NCBI GenBank assembly: GCA_024679065.1
Contig: JAGIQG010000006.1
Coordinates: 48,422,001 to 48,486,000, forward strand
DNA from: Sphyrna mokarran
Lineage: Eukaryota
Length of the DNA stretch: 64,000 nt
Direction of reading: 5' to 3'
The position numbers and the translations under genes are program-made. Below, one piece after another: positions 1-14,399 of the stretch; position 1 is the stretch's first letter; every line of letters starts with the position of its first letter. Under the pieces are notes generated by a model, which worked only from the letters and a program-made list of their open reading frames with translations, had not been told where the DNA came from and ran no database searches.

Positions 1-242
1 GACCACCAGACAAACCCTAAGGAGAAGCCACCTCAACTTTACACTTGAGGACAACTGCCTTCATATTATGTGGTATTACTGGCATGCTAACTCGGATAGA
101 TTCAGAATAGATTAGCAGATGTAGCAAATCAAAACTAGGCATTCATAAGGATAAGTGGGTCATTGGAAGCAGCAGATTTGTTCTCTATCTCAATTTGTAA
201 ACATACATAATCTAATCCACATGACACCAATTTTGAAAAACA

Positions 243-700
243 AAGACTTGCATTTGATTAGCACCTCTCATGACCATCAGATAGCCCAAACAATGTTACA
301 GTCTTTGAAGTACTTCATAAAAATGAAATTCTAGTCAAAGTTATGATGTAGGAAACAAGCTTACCAATTTGCATACAGCCTGCTCTAACACAGTAATGCA
401 ATCATGACTAAATAATCTGTTTCTGTGACTTTTACTGAAGATTAAATATTGGTCATGACACCAAGGATAACTTCATTGCTCTCTGAAAATAGCACTGTAG
501 GATCTTTGATATCCACCTCACAAGATCAAATAGAACCTTGGTTTAATGTTTCATCCAAAAGACAGCATCTTCAACAGCGCAGCACTCCATCAATACTCAC
601 AGAAGTGAGGTATTGATCTTTGTGCTGATGTCCTGGCATGGGGTTTAAACTAACAATCTTCCAGAGTTTAATTCTACCAACTGAACTTCAGCTGATAGCT
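243..700 (-). mobile_element. DeuSINE-type SINE (SacSINE1/AmnSINE1-like)
   Basis: The reverse complement resembles the Deu central domain (gagtgctgcgctgttgaagatgctgtcttttggatgaaacattaaacc...agatcctacagtgctatttt) and ends in an aaatgcaagt tail. Related fragments at about 12020-12165, 31830-31930 and 45790-46110. Confidence 0.7.
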
Positions 701-1736
701 TTCTTTAAAACCCTGGTTCAATGAGGAGAATGAAATGCATAGCAGAAACCATGCCAGGTATATCTAAAAGTAAGCAACACGCTTCATAAATAGCTGAAGT
801 ACAGGTAAAACAATGCCGCAACCAGCAAATTCTAACAAATTTTTACAATCCCCATTCAGATTACAAATAGAGGTGGACAATCTTATTTTCTACTGATCTT
901 CCTTTTGCCCAGACTAACATACAAATTAAAAAATTGACATTAATTCATATGTCTGACTGGGATATTAGAGATTCACATGTATGTATTTTAATGCAATTCT
1001 CAGGAGCAGAATCTGCAACGAGCAAGGCAGAAAGATCTGAAAGTCACCACTCACTGTATGGAAATGGAGAGAAATCGCTACGTCTTCTGCAAGCTAATTC
1101 ATGTTACTGTTACAAAAGGTACAGAATTCATGATTCAGATTCCTCAAGGTGAAACTATTTTACACTGACGGCAGCAGAATAATCACCTGATAGTTTGCTC
1201 AGAGTCCAATCCTTTATGTTTTATGGATTTGCTTGGTGTGTACTGAGCCAAAGACTGAATATTACGAAATGAGTATGTTTCCACTCATTCACAGGAGGTT
1301 CTGAATTGAATCTTTATTTGGGCTTTTGATAAGGTGAAAGTTGAAATTAATATTAACAGCAGCCTCTGACCATAAGAAGCAACAGCGAGCAGATCACTGA
1401 GGCCTGCACATGGTGCCACGTGCCCTGTATGTACGTGCTTTTGTTGTAAATTCACTTGGATGAGAGCTTCTTTCACTTTCAAGCAAGACAAAAAAATTTT
1501 GAACATGTTACAAGAAAAATGACAGCCAGACACTAACAAGCAGTGTACCTACTAACTAGATCTCACATCAGAACCTGCAGGAGAGAGCCACTCCAGAGAG
1601 TCCATAACAGCGCACAGCAGTACTACTGTTAGCTCTGTACAAAGTGCCAAGTGCTCCAGTAAACAGCTTACAATGAATAAACTAAAATCAAGAAAATAAC
1701 AGTATAAAAATTTCTTGAGGTATGATTTTGTTAATT

Positions 1737-2417
1737 GCAATGTGGAGATATCGGCATTGGATGGGATAAGCACAGTAAGGACTTTCACAACACCAGGTTA
1801 AAAACCAACAAGTTTATTTGGTAGCACAAGCCACAAGCTTTCGGAGCACTGCACCTTCATCAGTTGAGTGTAAGTTCTGTTCACAAACAGGGCATATAAA
1901 GGCACAAACTCAATTTACAAGATAATGGTTGGAATGCAAGTTTTTACAGGTAATTAAGTCTTAAAGGTACAGACAATGTGAGGGGAGAGAGAGTTAAACA
2001 CAGCTTAAAAAGTTGTGTATTGTCTCTAGACAGGACAGTATGTGAAATTTTGCAAGCCCAGGCAAGTTGTGGGGGTTATAGATAGTGTGACATGAACCAA
2101 AATCCCGGTTGATGTAGTCCTCATATGTGCGGAACGTGGCTATCAGTTCTGCTCAGCGATAACTGTCCTGGTTGGAAACAATACACATCTCTTTAACCTC
2201 TGTGTAACCCTCTTTCCACTCACATTGTCTATAATTTTAAGACTTGATTACTTGTAAAGACTCGCATTCCAACCATTATCTTGTAAATTGAGTTTTTTTT
2301 TATATGCCCTGTTTGTGAACACAACTCTCACTCACCTGATGAGCAGCCTCCAAAAGCTTGTGGCTTGTGCTACCAAATTAACCTGTTGGACTTTAACCTA
2401 ATGTTATGAGACTTCTT
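1737..2417. mobile_element. Penelope-derived non-autonomous element with long inverted arms
   Basis: Arms at about 1775-2040 and 2163-2417 are reverse complements. 12-bp TSD attttgttaatt at 1725-1736 and 2418-2429. A hammerhead-like motif sits in each arm. Confidence 0.75.
1832..1866 (-). ncRNA. Minimal type I hammerhead ribozyme motif (Penelope pLTR type)
   Basis: Minus strand reads CUGAUGA-AGGUGC-AGU-GCUCC-GAAA-GCUU-GUG, giving both core boxes, stem II and a palindromic AAGCUU stem III region. Stems I and II each carry a mismatch. Confidence 0.6.
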
Positions 2418-3272
2418 ATTTTGTTAATTATAGCACTGAACAGTTGTTAAGTGCAAATAAAAAGCTAAAACTTCTAGATGTTCCCCACACTGTTATGGCA
2501 CATGGAATTAAACAGTATAGTAAGGAATTGTCAATAGACAAGTCTAATTCAGTCATATCTGGCTGCACTGATTAACAGTTTCTGCTGCTACTTTTAAAAG
2601 AAGTTTCAGATTTTGAAAAAGAGGTCGGTGAAAAATGCCTTTGAGTTTTAGACTCCAGAGTCACTCATCAACTTACAGCTGACTCCAAATGAAGAGACTA
2701 AGCTGCTGCATTGACTGTGACAGCATATTCAAAACATGCTACAAATCCATGATCTTATCAGCATTTGAGATTAGCATCTCCCAGAAGTAACTAGTGCTGA
2801 GTAAAACACTCATTTTGTCACTATTGCTCTTTGCAATGACATGTGTGAGGTGGGTTGTCTGTTTTCACAAAGATGAAGACTGCACAAAGGAACTGGCTGA
2901 ACTCTGCATCTGATACGCGCATTGTCCTCTCGTTCTGTGAATTTGATTGGGCTGAGACTGTGAGGACCAAGTAGGTTCACCTGTCATAATGAAGGAAAGC
3001 GAACAAGGCATGGGTCCCAAAGGTCAGCCAGTTAGCAAAAGTGGGTTCTAGGAAAATAAATTTGAAAAACACTTTTAGAGCATAGCATATAGAGAACATG
3101 TTATAGGAATACTGGAAATAATATTTAGTTGTTTGAAAAAGAAAGCAACGAGGACAAGAATCACATATTTTGAACCTTTGAACAGTTTAATTTACCTGCA
3201 GATTGTGGTTTCTCCATCATGAAGAATGCAACATTTCGCAGACAAAATAGGTGATCCACTATTACTAGAATT

Positions 3273-5848
3273 TAGGGAGGCCACACATCTGGCTTTCGGC
3301 CGGACAGTCCAGCATTTGATTACACTGTCTCCATCCAGCACCATCTCAAGCTGGACGCTAATTTGTCCTTTTTTGGGTCTGACTAAAAAACTTACATAAA
3401 TTACCTCCAATCTACTTAAAACAGTGGGAACTGAAAACTATAACAACCGTTAAAGTATTTTTATTACATGTAGTTGCCATTGTCAACACTGCTGAAGAGC
3501 TGTAGCGTACGAGTCACGTCAACATATCTGAGAGGATCAGTCTGCAGTGGAGAGTGGTTGACTTTTTTGTTCTTGTTTCAAGCCCTTAAAAAAATGCCGA
3601 AAAGAAAGACTATATTTAACCATGAATGGGCCAAAGCATTTGGATTTATTGCTAAAAGCAGAAAAGATGACTTTCATGTTTTTTGTACACTATGCTATTG
3701 TGATGTGAAGATTGGCAATAAGGGAAAAAGTGCAGTTGAGCGACATGCCACCAAGATAAACATGAAGTTAACACTCGTACTACTGGATCATCATCATTGT
3801 CATCATTTTTCTCCCCAGCTCGATCAACTCAAGGTGGCAAAATCTTGACTGCAGAACTGTGTAAAGTGTATCATGCTGTGAAGCACCATCAGTCATACAA
3901 AAGTGTTGACTGTGGAGCAAAAGTTGACAAAGAAATATACAGTGATTCATTGATAGTGAAAAGTGTAACGTGGGAAAACTAAAGCAAAAGCTCTGTGTGA
4001 AAATATTCTAGTACCGTATTCTGTACAAAAATGGGTGGACCATATCAAAGAACATGGCTTGCCCTTTTCAGTCGCAACTGATGCTTCAATCAAAGGTGCA
4101 ACAAAGTGTCTCCCAATACTTTTGAGATACTTTCATTTTAAGAAGGGAGTGCAACATGTGTTACTTGACTTTTATAGCAATAAGAATGAATCATCAGAGG
4201 ACATGACAAATCAATTACTGGTTAAAATAGAGATGTCAGGTCTGGGTCTGAATAAAGCGACTGCATATACTGCTGATAATGAAAGTGTAAACTATGGAAA
4301 ACACAACAATGTTCATCAAAAACTGAAAATGGCTCAAAAGAACATTATTATTGCAAATTGTCTGGCCCATATTTTGTACAATGTCACAAAATTTATTACT
4401 GGGAAACTGGAAATTGACGTTGAAAATATTGTACTCAAACTGTACAACCATTTCAGCTAAAAGAACAGCACAGTTAAAGGAATTCTGTGAATTCGTGGAT
4501 GCTGGTTATTGTAATCTGTTACGGCATGTTGTGACTAGATGGCTCTCTTGCTATCTATTGACAGAATATTTAAGTGCTGGGAAGTCCTTAAAAGTTATTT
4601 CAGAGTCTAGATGAAGAAGAGTGCCCCAAGGTATTGTGGAAGTGCTTTGGAGATGAAGGAAATGCTTGTAAATCGTCAGAGATCTGTTTCTTCTTCCTCA
4701 GTCATACTCTTAAATTGTTCTCAGACACTATTGAAGCACTAGAAGCCAGGTCATTCAGCATAATTTCAGTATTTAAGCTAACGGCTGAACTGAAAAGCAA
4801 ACTTGAGAAAAGAATAAAGGACTGTTTTTTTGGCTTTGCAGTGAACACCAAGCTTAGCCAGCTTACCCCTGATGTGTCTAAGAAATGTGAAGCAGACTTC
4901 ATTGTTTTCTATGAAAGACTCATAAAGTACTTAAGTGACGGTATAACTTCTTTGAAAATAGCTTTCATAAAAATGTCAAAATTGAGCTGAACAAGTGCCA
5001 TACCTTTTGGAGAATTCTGTGATGCAGTCAAGGCCTGTAACCTTCAAGATATTGATATGAGTGAATATAATGAAGAATCTGGGATTTTGGGGGCAATTAT
5101 CAATACTCCTCAAATGATAGATAGCTTTGGTGAAGAACATTATCTCAAGCTATTCAGTAAATTTGAGGTCTCTTTTACAAACCTGAAGAAGATGAGTGTT
5201 TATATCTTCTTTATTCCATGCAGCAATGCTCACACAGAATGAGTTTTTTTAATGATGATCTCAGTTTGGAGAAACGAGAGAAATCGTCTGCAAGTGGATT
5301 CAGTCAAAGCAGAGCTCCAAATATGCAACAACTTCTCAGAAGAGTGCCCAGTCGTGTATAAAAAACTCCTGGAAATGGCAAATAAAGGGCAGAAATACAA
5401 AAGATTGACATCCATACCTGGCAGTCCATGGTAGGCCTAAGTAGGCTACTTCCTTTAGTTTGTGAATTAAGTTAATTTGGTTAGCATATCTACTTCAGCA
5501 GGACTAAAAATGAATATTCATTTCTTCCAGTTCTTTATTTGTACTGTATGTATGTATATATGTTATATGCAGAATGATGAATCACTGAATAGGAAATAGG
5601 GCTCTGGTGGAAAATCACTGATTAATGATGAAATAGCTAGGTTTTTGCTGTATTTATATAGGCAAAAAAGAGTATCATGTTCGAATTTTTATTTAATAAA
5701 ATAACTAAAGTGCTTATTATTTTGCATTTGTTGTTTTTGCAATATGGTTTAAATTTTATTAAAAAATCTTTTTGAAATGCACTGTATAGTAACCTATGAC
5801 CATGTACGCAATGTCCTCCTTTTTGGGAATTTGGAAATAGTCACCCTA
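3273..5848 (+). mobile_element. Full-length fossil hAT (Blackjack-like) DNA transposon
   Basis: Terminal inverted repeats TAGGGAGGCCA (3273) and reverse-complement TAGGGTGACTA (5848). Degenerate 8-bp TSD ctagaatt/ccagcatt (6 of 8 match). Internal frameshifted transposase. Confidence 0.88.
3594..5410 (+). pseudogene. hAT transposase pseudogene
   Basis: Broken ORFs carry a BED-like finger (FCTLC...ERH), FSVATDAS (catalytic D), TADNESVN, CLAH (CxxH), RHVVTRWLS and the dimerisation-domain IPCSNAHTE motif. Several frameshifts and stops. Confidence 0.9.
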
Positions 5849-7839
5849 CCAGCATTGTGTGTGATCATCCCATCATTAGGTTAGACGATTCAACCTGAGC
5901 AAACCTGAGCAATTTGTTCCTAAATCTAGTTGTGTGACCATCAGCATTACAATGAGAGATTTTGAGAGATGCCACAGCAACAAGGAAAACTGTTCCCAAA
6001 ACCTTCTTAAATGGCATATCATTGGGAAATTAAAATTTCTGTTTGTTATTTTCAATTGTTTAATGTATTAAATGTATTCAAATAATAATATTCTTCTTTA
6101 AACTAAAGCAGATTTATTATTTAAATATATCTTTGCATTTTCCCAAAACATTCAATAGGATTATTTTATAAACCTGTTCATAGAATGTTTAAGAAAGTTA
6201 ATGTTAATTGAAATCACATCCTACAGTACTTGCTTTTAAACAAAGTTAATCTTTAGAAAAAATTTGAATGCATTACATGGAAGATGAAAAGTAAGAGAGT
6301 TGTAAGTGGACCTTGGGATTCGGCCAGTCACTTAAACCACAATTTCTCTTATACTAAAATTCAGAAATTAACAGCAATTTAAACCATTTACAGCTCTCTG
6401 GGATGGTTTTTGATAGGGTTAATAATCACACAAGTTTAAAAATCACTTAAGCTGCTATGAGATAAAACAAAAGGTCTTTATAAAAGTCTTCACAGATAAG
6501 CATCAAGGTCTTTAGTCAGAGAATTCATTAAATCAGACAACTGGATATGGAAGGAAGAATGATATACCCAGACACAAACTAGGGTATCAATGCTAACTTG
6601 TAACAATGACGAATTAGGTCAGCTCACATGATTAAGTTTTCACGCTGATTGGATATTATAATTAAGCAGGTGTGTAATGATTGTGATTGATTTTAATATC
6701 TGTACCTTATGATGTAACCCCAGTAAAAACTATGAATGGATAAAGATACCTCCTATACCTTAATTGGTGTATGCTAATAACTTGTAATCACATTTGAAAC
6801 TATAACTGCTTGTGTATTGAATTCTGGCTGGCTAGTTACAGGCTCTCCAATCTGTGACTTTCCAGTGTCCTCACTATATACCTTGAATTAAAAACAGCTG
6901 TTTAAGAGAACTCCGTGACTTAGTTCAGTTACTCGAGAAGTACAAGTTTGCGATCTATTAAAGGCTGAACATCAAAACCCACAACAATTTTAGAAACGGT
7001 ATCAGTAAATCTCACATTTGTATTTATAGTATTTCATCACTTGGAAATGTATTCAAGTTGAATAAACTAAATTACTGATCATCAGTCTTTTTGTGGCATA
7101 GTACAGGGCAGATTTTGAACAAGAAAACACCTGATAACCTTCTCACTTAGAATCAAGATTTGTTACACTGAGACAAGCTGACACAAAGATCATTTTAAGT
7201 TGTTTGATGACAAAAGTTTGATTACAGGTTCTTTGATTAAAGCAATGTTTCAGCTACTGAGTACCCTGATTACAAATTAACATAGCATTGTTAATTTTGT
7301 AACCACTCGTAGATCTCAAGAAGTACCAAATTACAGCGGTTATGAAAGGAGTAACCAGGTAGGAAGCGGGAGCTCATCATAAAAACTATAAATCACCTAA
7401 TAACAGAAGTGGTACTGGTGAAAATAATTTATTGAATGTTTCATGACAAGCAGTGAAACACAGTCCAAGTGAGAATAATTGAGAATTTGCATCAAAGTGA
7501 GAATTTAGCTGACTGAGTGAGTGTTAACTGTGAATCATCTGAAAGCCATTCCTCAGAGTAGGACCTCAATTGGCGTTAATTATGTAAAAGGAGACAAATC
7601 TAGACAGTAACCCATCTCCGCTCTATATAATAAAGAGGCTGGTTCAAGCATACAATTGATTAGCGATGCATGAGCAGTGAGAGAAGTAACATCCTGAATG
7701 AGTATATTCAGGTATTGATACCACAGTGTGATAGGAAGGGACAGAGTCTACAACATAAAAGGCAGAGTATACAAACATAAAAAAAGCAGAAAATAGATTT
7801 CTGGAAAAAGGAAAAATCAGATAAAAAGTTAGAAAGGCA

Positions 7840-10680
7840 AAATTAATGGCTCTTTACTTAAATGTACATAATATTTGGCACAAAATAATTGAATTAATGG
7901 CACAAATTGAGTTATTGAGTATGATCTTAGAACCATTAATAGAGATGTGGTTACAATGGGGCCGAGGCTGCAAACTAAATATTCAGGATATGTGACTTTT
8001 CATAATGGGAAGAAAGGAAAAGATGAAGGAGTAGCTTTGTTAATATGAAATAGAATAAGTGTGATAGCAAAAAACGACCTTGGGTCAGAAGATGTAGAAA
8101 CCATGTAGGTGGAGGTAAGAAATAATAAACAGAATATGATATTGATGGGGGTATGCTACCGCAACCACACTCCCAACAACAGTAGCTATATTATACGGCA
8201 TAGAATAAATAAGGAGATACTGAGGATATGTAAAAATAATAGGTAGTACATTAATCATGTGTGTCTTTAATCTTCTTGTGATTAGGAAAATCAGATTGAC
8301 AAAGGTAATCACCTGGAAGAATTTACAGAATGCACTTGAGACAGGAATAATGTGTTGTGGACTCAACAAGGGATCATGCTATTTTGGATTTGGTAGTGTG
8401 TAATGGTTCCGGTTTAATAAACAAACAATCTGAATAAAAGATCCCCTGGAAAACAGTGACCATTATAAAATTTGGCATTCAGTTTGAGAGTGAGAAACTT
8501 GGGTCAGAAATAACTGTTCTAAACCTAAATAAGGGTAATTACAAAGGAATAAGGGCAGAGTTGGCTGGAGAGGACGAAGAAAGGAAATTAGCAGAAAAAT
8601 AGTTGTTTAGCAACGGCAGACACTTATGAAAATAGTTTATGACTCACAACAGATAAATATCCCAAAAAGGAAGAAGGATTCTTGAAAGAGGATGAATCAA
8701 TCATGGTTAATCAAGGAAGTTAAGGATAGTATTAAACGGAAAGAAAAATACAAAGTGGCAAAGACACCAGCAAAGTTTTAAAAATCAACGCATTTGATTT
8801 GATGGTAAACTATCAAGTAATATAAAAACAAACAGTAAGAGCTTTTCTAAATATAAAAAAACAGAAAATCCAAAGTGAACATACATTCATGAGGAGGCAA
8901 TGGTGCAGTGGTACTATCACTGGATGAGTACTCCAATGACCCTAGGTAATGGTGAGGCAGATAATGAAATTTGAATTGAAAGTCTATGAATCATTGCTGA
9001 TTGTTGTTAAAAACCTATTGGGTTCACTAATCTTCTTCAGGGAAGGAAATCTGCTGTTTTACCTCATCTGGCCTACATGTGACTCTTAAATAGATACTGC
9101 GTGTCAGTCTTCAAGATAGAAGACTAAAGGCAAATCCCCTGGACCTAATGGGTGATATCTTTGGATATTAAAGAAAGTAGCTACAAAGATAGTGGATGCA
9201 CTGATAGTAATTTTCCAAAAATCTTTAAATTGTGAACCAGTCCCAGACGACTGCAAAACTGCCAAAGGAATACTCTTGCTCAAAAAGGGTGGGTGATGAA
9301 AAACGGATAATTATAGGCCAGTTAGCTTAACATCTGTCATTGGGAAAATTTTGAGTCCACTATAAATGTTGTAATAGCAGAGCATTTAGAAATGCCTAAT
9401 ATAATCAAGCAAAGCCAGCAGGGCTTCATGAAGGGGAAGGTGCTAATGAGCAGGATGGATAAAAGGGAACCAGAAGATTAATATACTTGGATGTCTAAAA
9501 AACATTTAATAAGGTATTGCACAAAAAAAGCCCACGGTGTTCAGGGCTATGTATCAGCATAGTTAGAGGATTGGCTGCTAACTGATAGAAGAGGATTTTC
9601 AGGATAGCAATATGTAATTAGTGAAGTGCCATAGGGATCAGTTCTGGGGGGCAACATTATTCACAATATATATTAATGACTTGGACAAACAAAGTGAATG
9701 AACTATTGCCAAATTTGTGGATGACATAAAAATATGTGGGAAGGAAAGTGTTCGGGATAACAGAATCTACAGACAGGTACAGGCAAGTTAAATGAGTAGA
9801 CAAACTCTTGCAGATGGAATATAATGTAGCAGAATGTGAAGTTATGCATCCTGATAGGAAGGAAAAAGGAGCCAAATATTATTTAATTGGAGAAAGACCG
9901 CAGCATAAATGATTTGAGGGGGCCTCGTCCATGAATCACAAAAAGCTAATATGGAAAGATAAAGAGAAAGCAAATGGAATGTTGGTTTTTATATCAAAAA
10001 GAATGTTGGTCTTTATATCAAAAGAAATCAAAACATGGGGAAGTTTTGCTGAAACTATACAAAGCACTATCTAGATGGCAGCTGGAATACTGTGAACAGT
10101 TTTGGTCCCCTTATCTAAAGAAAGATTTTCTGGCATTTGAAACAATCCAAAGATATACCAAATTGATCCTGGTAATGGAGGGATTTTCTTATGTGGAGAG
10201 GGTGAGTAGGTTGGGCCTGTGTTCCTTGGAGTTTAGAAGAATGAAAGATGACCTTATTGAGAACATACAAGATAGTCAAAGGGCTTGACAGGATAGTTGC
10301 CAAGAGATTGTTTCCCCTTGTGGGAGAGGTCTAGACCAGAAGGCACAATCTAAATAAATAGGTCGCCCATCTAAGACCAAAAGAGGAGGAAGTTCTTCTC
10401 CGAGAGTGTTGAATCTAGAATGCTTTACTGCAGAGAACATAAGAAATAGATGCAGGATTAAGTCACTAGGCCCTTCAAACCTGCCCTGTCACTCAATATG
10501 ATCACAACTGGATCATTACTGTATTCCAGCTGAGAGAAATTTTTTTTAATCAGTAAGGAAATCAAGGTTATGGCAATTAGGTGGAAAGTGTGGTTAAGCC
10601 TTATCATACTAGATTAGCAAGGACGTCACTAAATGGAGAAGCAGACTCAATGGGCCGAATGGTCCACATCCTATGCTGTT
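7840..10680 (+). mobile_element. Decayed CR1 LINE ORF2 (APE endonuclease + RT) and 3' end
   Basis: Remnants of YRPVSLTSVIGK (about 9312-9345), IYINDLD, KF(V)DD(I)K, LYKAL...LEYCEQFWSP and LGLCSLEFRRM. A SINE-like insert lies at about 8893-9085. Confidence 0.9.
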
Positions 10681-12253
10681 AACATCCAAGATAAACAATA
10701 AAGATGATATATAGGTTAAGTAAAGAATTGAGAACCATTTGTAAATTTAAAGTTAACAATCTTGTACCAGAAAATACTACACATTCAATTCTCCCATTCT
10801 TCCACCATATCATGGATCTTCTATTTTGTCCTTGCCTCTGTACTTGCTTAAAACCAGTTACATTTGAAAACTCCAATTGTCTCTTCTCTGCCAAGTATAT
10901 CCACCATTTTCTGTTTTCGTTTCAGATTTCAAGTATCCACAATATTTTGCTTTATTACTTACTGGCTTAGTTGCTATAATCTGTAGTCAGGTACTCAACT
11001 ATTCAATAGTTACATAATTAAATGATCCTTCATAAAACAAATTGTAAAAAATTGAATTAGGGATAGTTCAGATTATAAATAAGTCACATTACAATAAAAA
11101 TATCAATATATATAAAAAGAAAATTGTTTAATTTACTAAGTATGAATTTTGCAAGTGGAAATGACAAATTTTCTCATGAAATTAAGTGACCTCCGCCAGA
11201 CCTCACCTCAGCTTGTATTAAATCATTTTGTACATTAACATTTACATGCATATGTTAATTGAATGGAACTGCTGCAACCATTACTAAAAGGGAAAACATG
11301 TAACAGTTATGTGCATGTTTTTGTTTTTATAGTGAAGTTGTATCTTCAGTGGAGAATTCAGAAAATAATGTCAAGCTAATCCACATTTCACTGTTAATTT
11401 TTCCCATTGGTTTGCTATTACATGATATATACCGGTGGTGATGAAAATTTTCTGTGATGTAGAAAAGCCATACAATCATAAATATCAGCCTAGGCTCAGA
11501 CCTCAATGCAAACATGTTACTGCATTTTAGAAATATTGAATCAGAGAAACTTACGACACAAAGGAGGGGTTTATTTGATCAGTGACAGGGCTGACTCTTT
11601 GAAAGAATAAGTCCCACATCTCTACTTCTTGTCCTAGTACACCCAACACTAGCAGATGTTGAGTACATTACATCTCCTAGGGGAGATTAGGGGATTTTCA
11701 CATTAACTTCATTGCACTGTTAATGTAAGCCTACTTGTGACATGAATAAACTAAACTTTAAATCAATTACCGCTAGTTATTGACCAGTTTGTAGAAGGAA
11801 TTTTTTGCTTATTTGTTCTATCAGAACTTCATTGTCTTGATCTCTGTTCCGTCACCCCTTCAACTTCAAGTTCAAGAACAATTCTAACTTTTTCAACCTC
11901 TCCCTGTAGCACAGAAGGAAGCCCATCATGCTTTCGTGACTGGAGTTGAGAGAAAAAAAAGTTTTTAAAAAAAGGAAAGAAAAATATGTTTTCATGCACA
12001 AGAGTACAGACAAAGCCTTAGTTTAATGTTCAAGGCGTCATCTTTGGATGAAACAATGTAGCACTCCCTCAGTACTTTACTGAATCAGCCTGGAACTGAA
12101 TTTGGGGGCTTGAACTCACAATCCTCTCATTCAGAGCTGAAAGTGTTACCAGCAAGTGAAAGCTGACAATGTAGTAAACATTCATTTAAATAAACAAACA
12201 TAAAACATATTAAAAGCTCTTTATGCGAAGTAAGTGGAATAAAAGGCACTAAC

Positions 12254-12923
12254 CCACAAACTGTACTGCTCCTTTTTGTTTGTTTAAACTTTTGTTTGTC
12301 TTCGCCAAGTGCTGCACATTTTTCCTCAACTGTTGTGCACAAAGTTTTTCAGTAAAAATGTGGAGTTCTTCTGCAATATTCAGTAAGTATACATCATTAA
12401 TAAATTCCAATACTTTAGTACCCTCCACAAGTGTACGTAAAGCATACATATCTTGTTTCATCATCGTACACACCACAGGAATCATGTTTTCAAATCCATG
12501 AGCCACTTTCTCAAAACTGATCTCATCAATGTTGGTCAAGATATTACTCTGCAGCAGATCTTGCACAGATTTGCACTGGATACTTTGATATTTGGTTAGA
12601 ACTTCAGTTTCTGGGTACAGAAATAGAAGCTGCTGAAGACACTGTGCTTTGAATTGAACATTTGGAAGTGTGTTATTCATTCCTTGACAATTTTGAAGCT
12701 TATCAACCAAAAACCTGCGAAGATGCAACCTCACATCATCCCACACAGACAGGGCATCAAGAGAATCATTGCACTCGATGGAATGAACTGAAGTAGTAGA
12801 AGGAACATGAAATGAAGCTCCACATGAATTCAATGGAAATACAACACCGCACTCAGCAGAGAGGTCCAGGAGTAGCTGCATGATCATTTCTTCTGGGCAT
12901 TCTTCTGTCTTCAGAAAGTGAAG
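12254..12923 (-). CDS. KIAA0825: KIAA0825 orthologue, third coding exon (670 nt)
   Basis: Open frame LHFLKTEECPEEMIMQLLLDLS...VWDDVRLHLRRFLVDKLQ...QCLQQLLFLYPETEVLTKYQ...KGAVQFV matches the recalled KIAA0825 motifs WDDIRLHLRRFLV and CLQQLLFLYPESEV. Acceptor tttattacaag, donor gttagt. The gene continues beyond this exon, but no later exon was identified in the window. Confidence 0.95.
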
Positions 12924-14399
12924 CTTGTAATAAAGAAAACAAGAGACAAGAATAAATACTCATAGATAGCTACATAACTGACATCAGCAGTAACCAGTTA
13001 TTGTTTCTTCTTGACAGTTATAATGATGACATCTATATCAGGAACCAGACCCTCACAGCACAAGATAGATATTGCACCTCAGGCAACTTTAGGAATATTA
13101 TTGAGTGCAATGGGAATACTTTTTATACACAAGCTTCCAAAATCTTTTCTAGCTATAAATTTGCAGTTTGTTTACAGCAAAAAGCAAAGAATAAATTTTA
13201 GATTATTTACTCATGTGGTATTTTGAAATAAAATTCTTACTCCTTGACCTTGAAGCTGTCTTGGACTGCAGAGTAAGAAATTCACACAAGAACTTAAATT
13301 CTTTTGTGTGCTACTTTTTCTATATTTTTGACTGGACTTCCTCAAAACAGTCGTTAGTACATTCACTTCATACACTTTCTGTGGGAAAGCTATTTTCTCA
13401 CCTCTTTTGGGTAATAAGTCTTCCTCTTTGCCCTCTGGGTGTCTTGTCCAGAAGACTCAGAGAATGAACAGGCAGTGTAAATACAGGTTAACAGTTGTTG
13501 CTCTGAGCCAATGTGCATGACCAGAATCTTAGGTGAGCTTCCCACTGATTTTTCCTCCCTCTCTATAGGGAAATGATCGATTTAATTCAGCGTCACTACA
13601 ATTGCAAGAATAGGCAATATAGTGCATTGGGAAATCATGAGCACGCTGTGACTACTATTTTAATTTATTAGCCTATGTTAATGCATATGCCTCTGCACTG
13701 AGTTTAGTGATGGTCCTTACGGATGAGTTGCCTCCTTGCACTTATTTTCCAGAGTTATAAACAAAAGATATCAATTTGGACAAGCTATCAGAAGGTCATA
13801 GAAAGCCATAAAACTTACTGGTATATATGTCAGTTTGCCTGATTTTGCCCGCCTTACCTTAAATCACTTTCAAAACGAAGTTGCCAAACAAGACTGCGGA
13901 AAGTTTAGAGGGAGTTGGGTATACTTAAAATTTCTCGACTCCCAATGTACACCGTGGGCCATTTTAGATAAGACAATGCTTTTACCCACATTAGGGCCTT
14001 TGCAGTTGTAACTAAGAAGCCTGTTACTGGCTCCCTCCAAGATATTCTACACAAGTTGTACTCAGGAAACCAACCCTTGGGATTATCTACAAGAAAATAA
14101 GCAACTCACTCAAATGCAAGTACACATAATCCCACAATCACCAGTCGCTGCCATACCTGACCAAGATAAACTAGACCTTCTTCTACCCAAAAACACTTAT
14201 GGTTCAATGATATATGGGCAATAAATGATATTACATGATTATTGGGAAAGAGCAAAGAGCTAATTGGCTAGCTCTTCCAAAGACCCTGTACAGCACAATG
14301 AGCTGAATGGCCTACTTCTATTTTATAAATTCCAAGAATTAACTATTAAAGAGAGTAGCCTACAAGATGATCATGTCTGGCATCAAACATTCCAGTAGT

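Noticed and set aside
1285-1539. Minus-strand ORF with acceptor-like site as the next KIAA0825 exon
   Set aside because: The translation does not resemble the recalled continuation of KIAA0825, and no convincing donor was found.
6301-6984. Possible solo LTR (TG...CA ends, TATA-like and ATTAAA motifs)
   Set aside because: No matching TSD or second copy visible, so it cannot be supported without a repeat library.
9978-10025. 24-bp direct repeat (CRISPR-like or regulatory)
   Set aside because: Two adjacent copies without a spacer inside a CR1 in a vertebrate genome; a simple slippage duplication.
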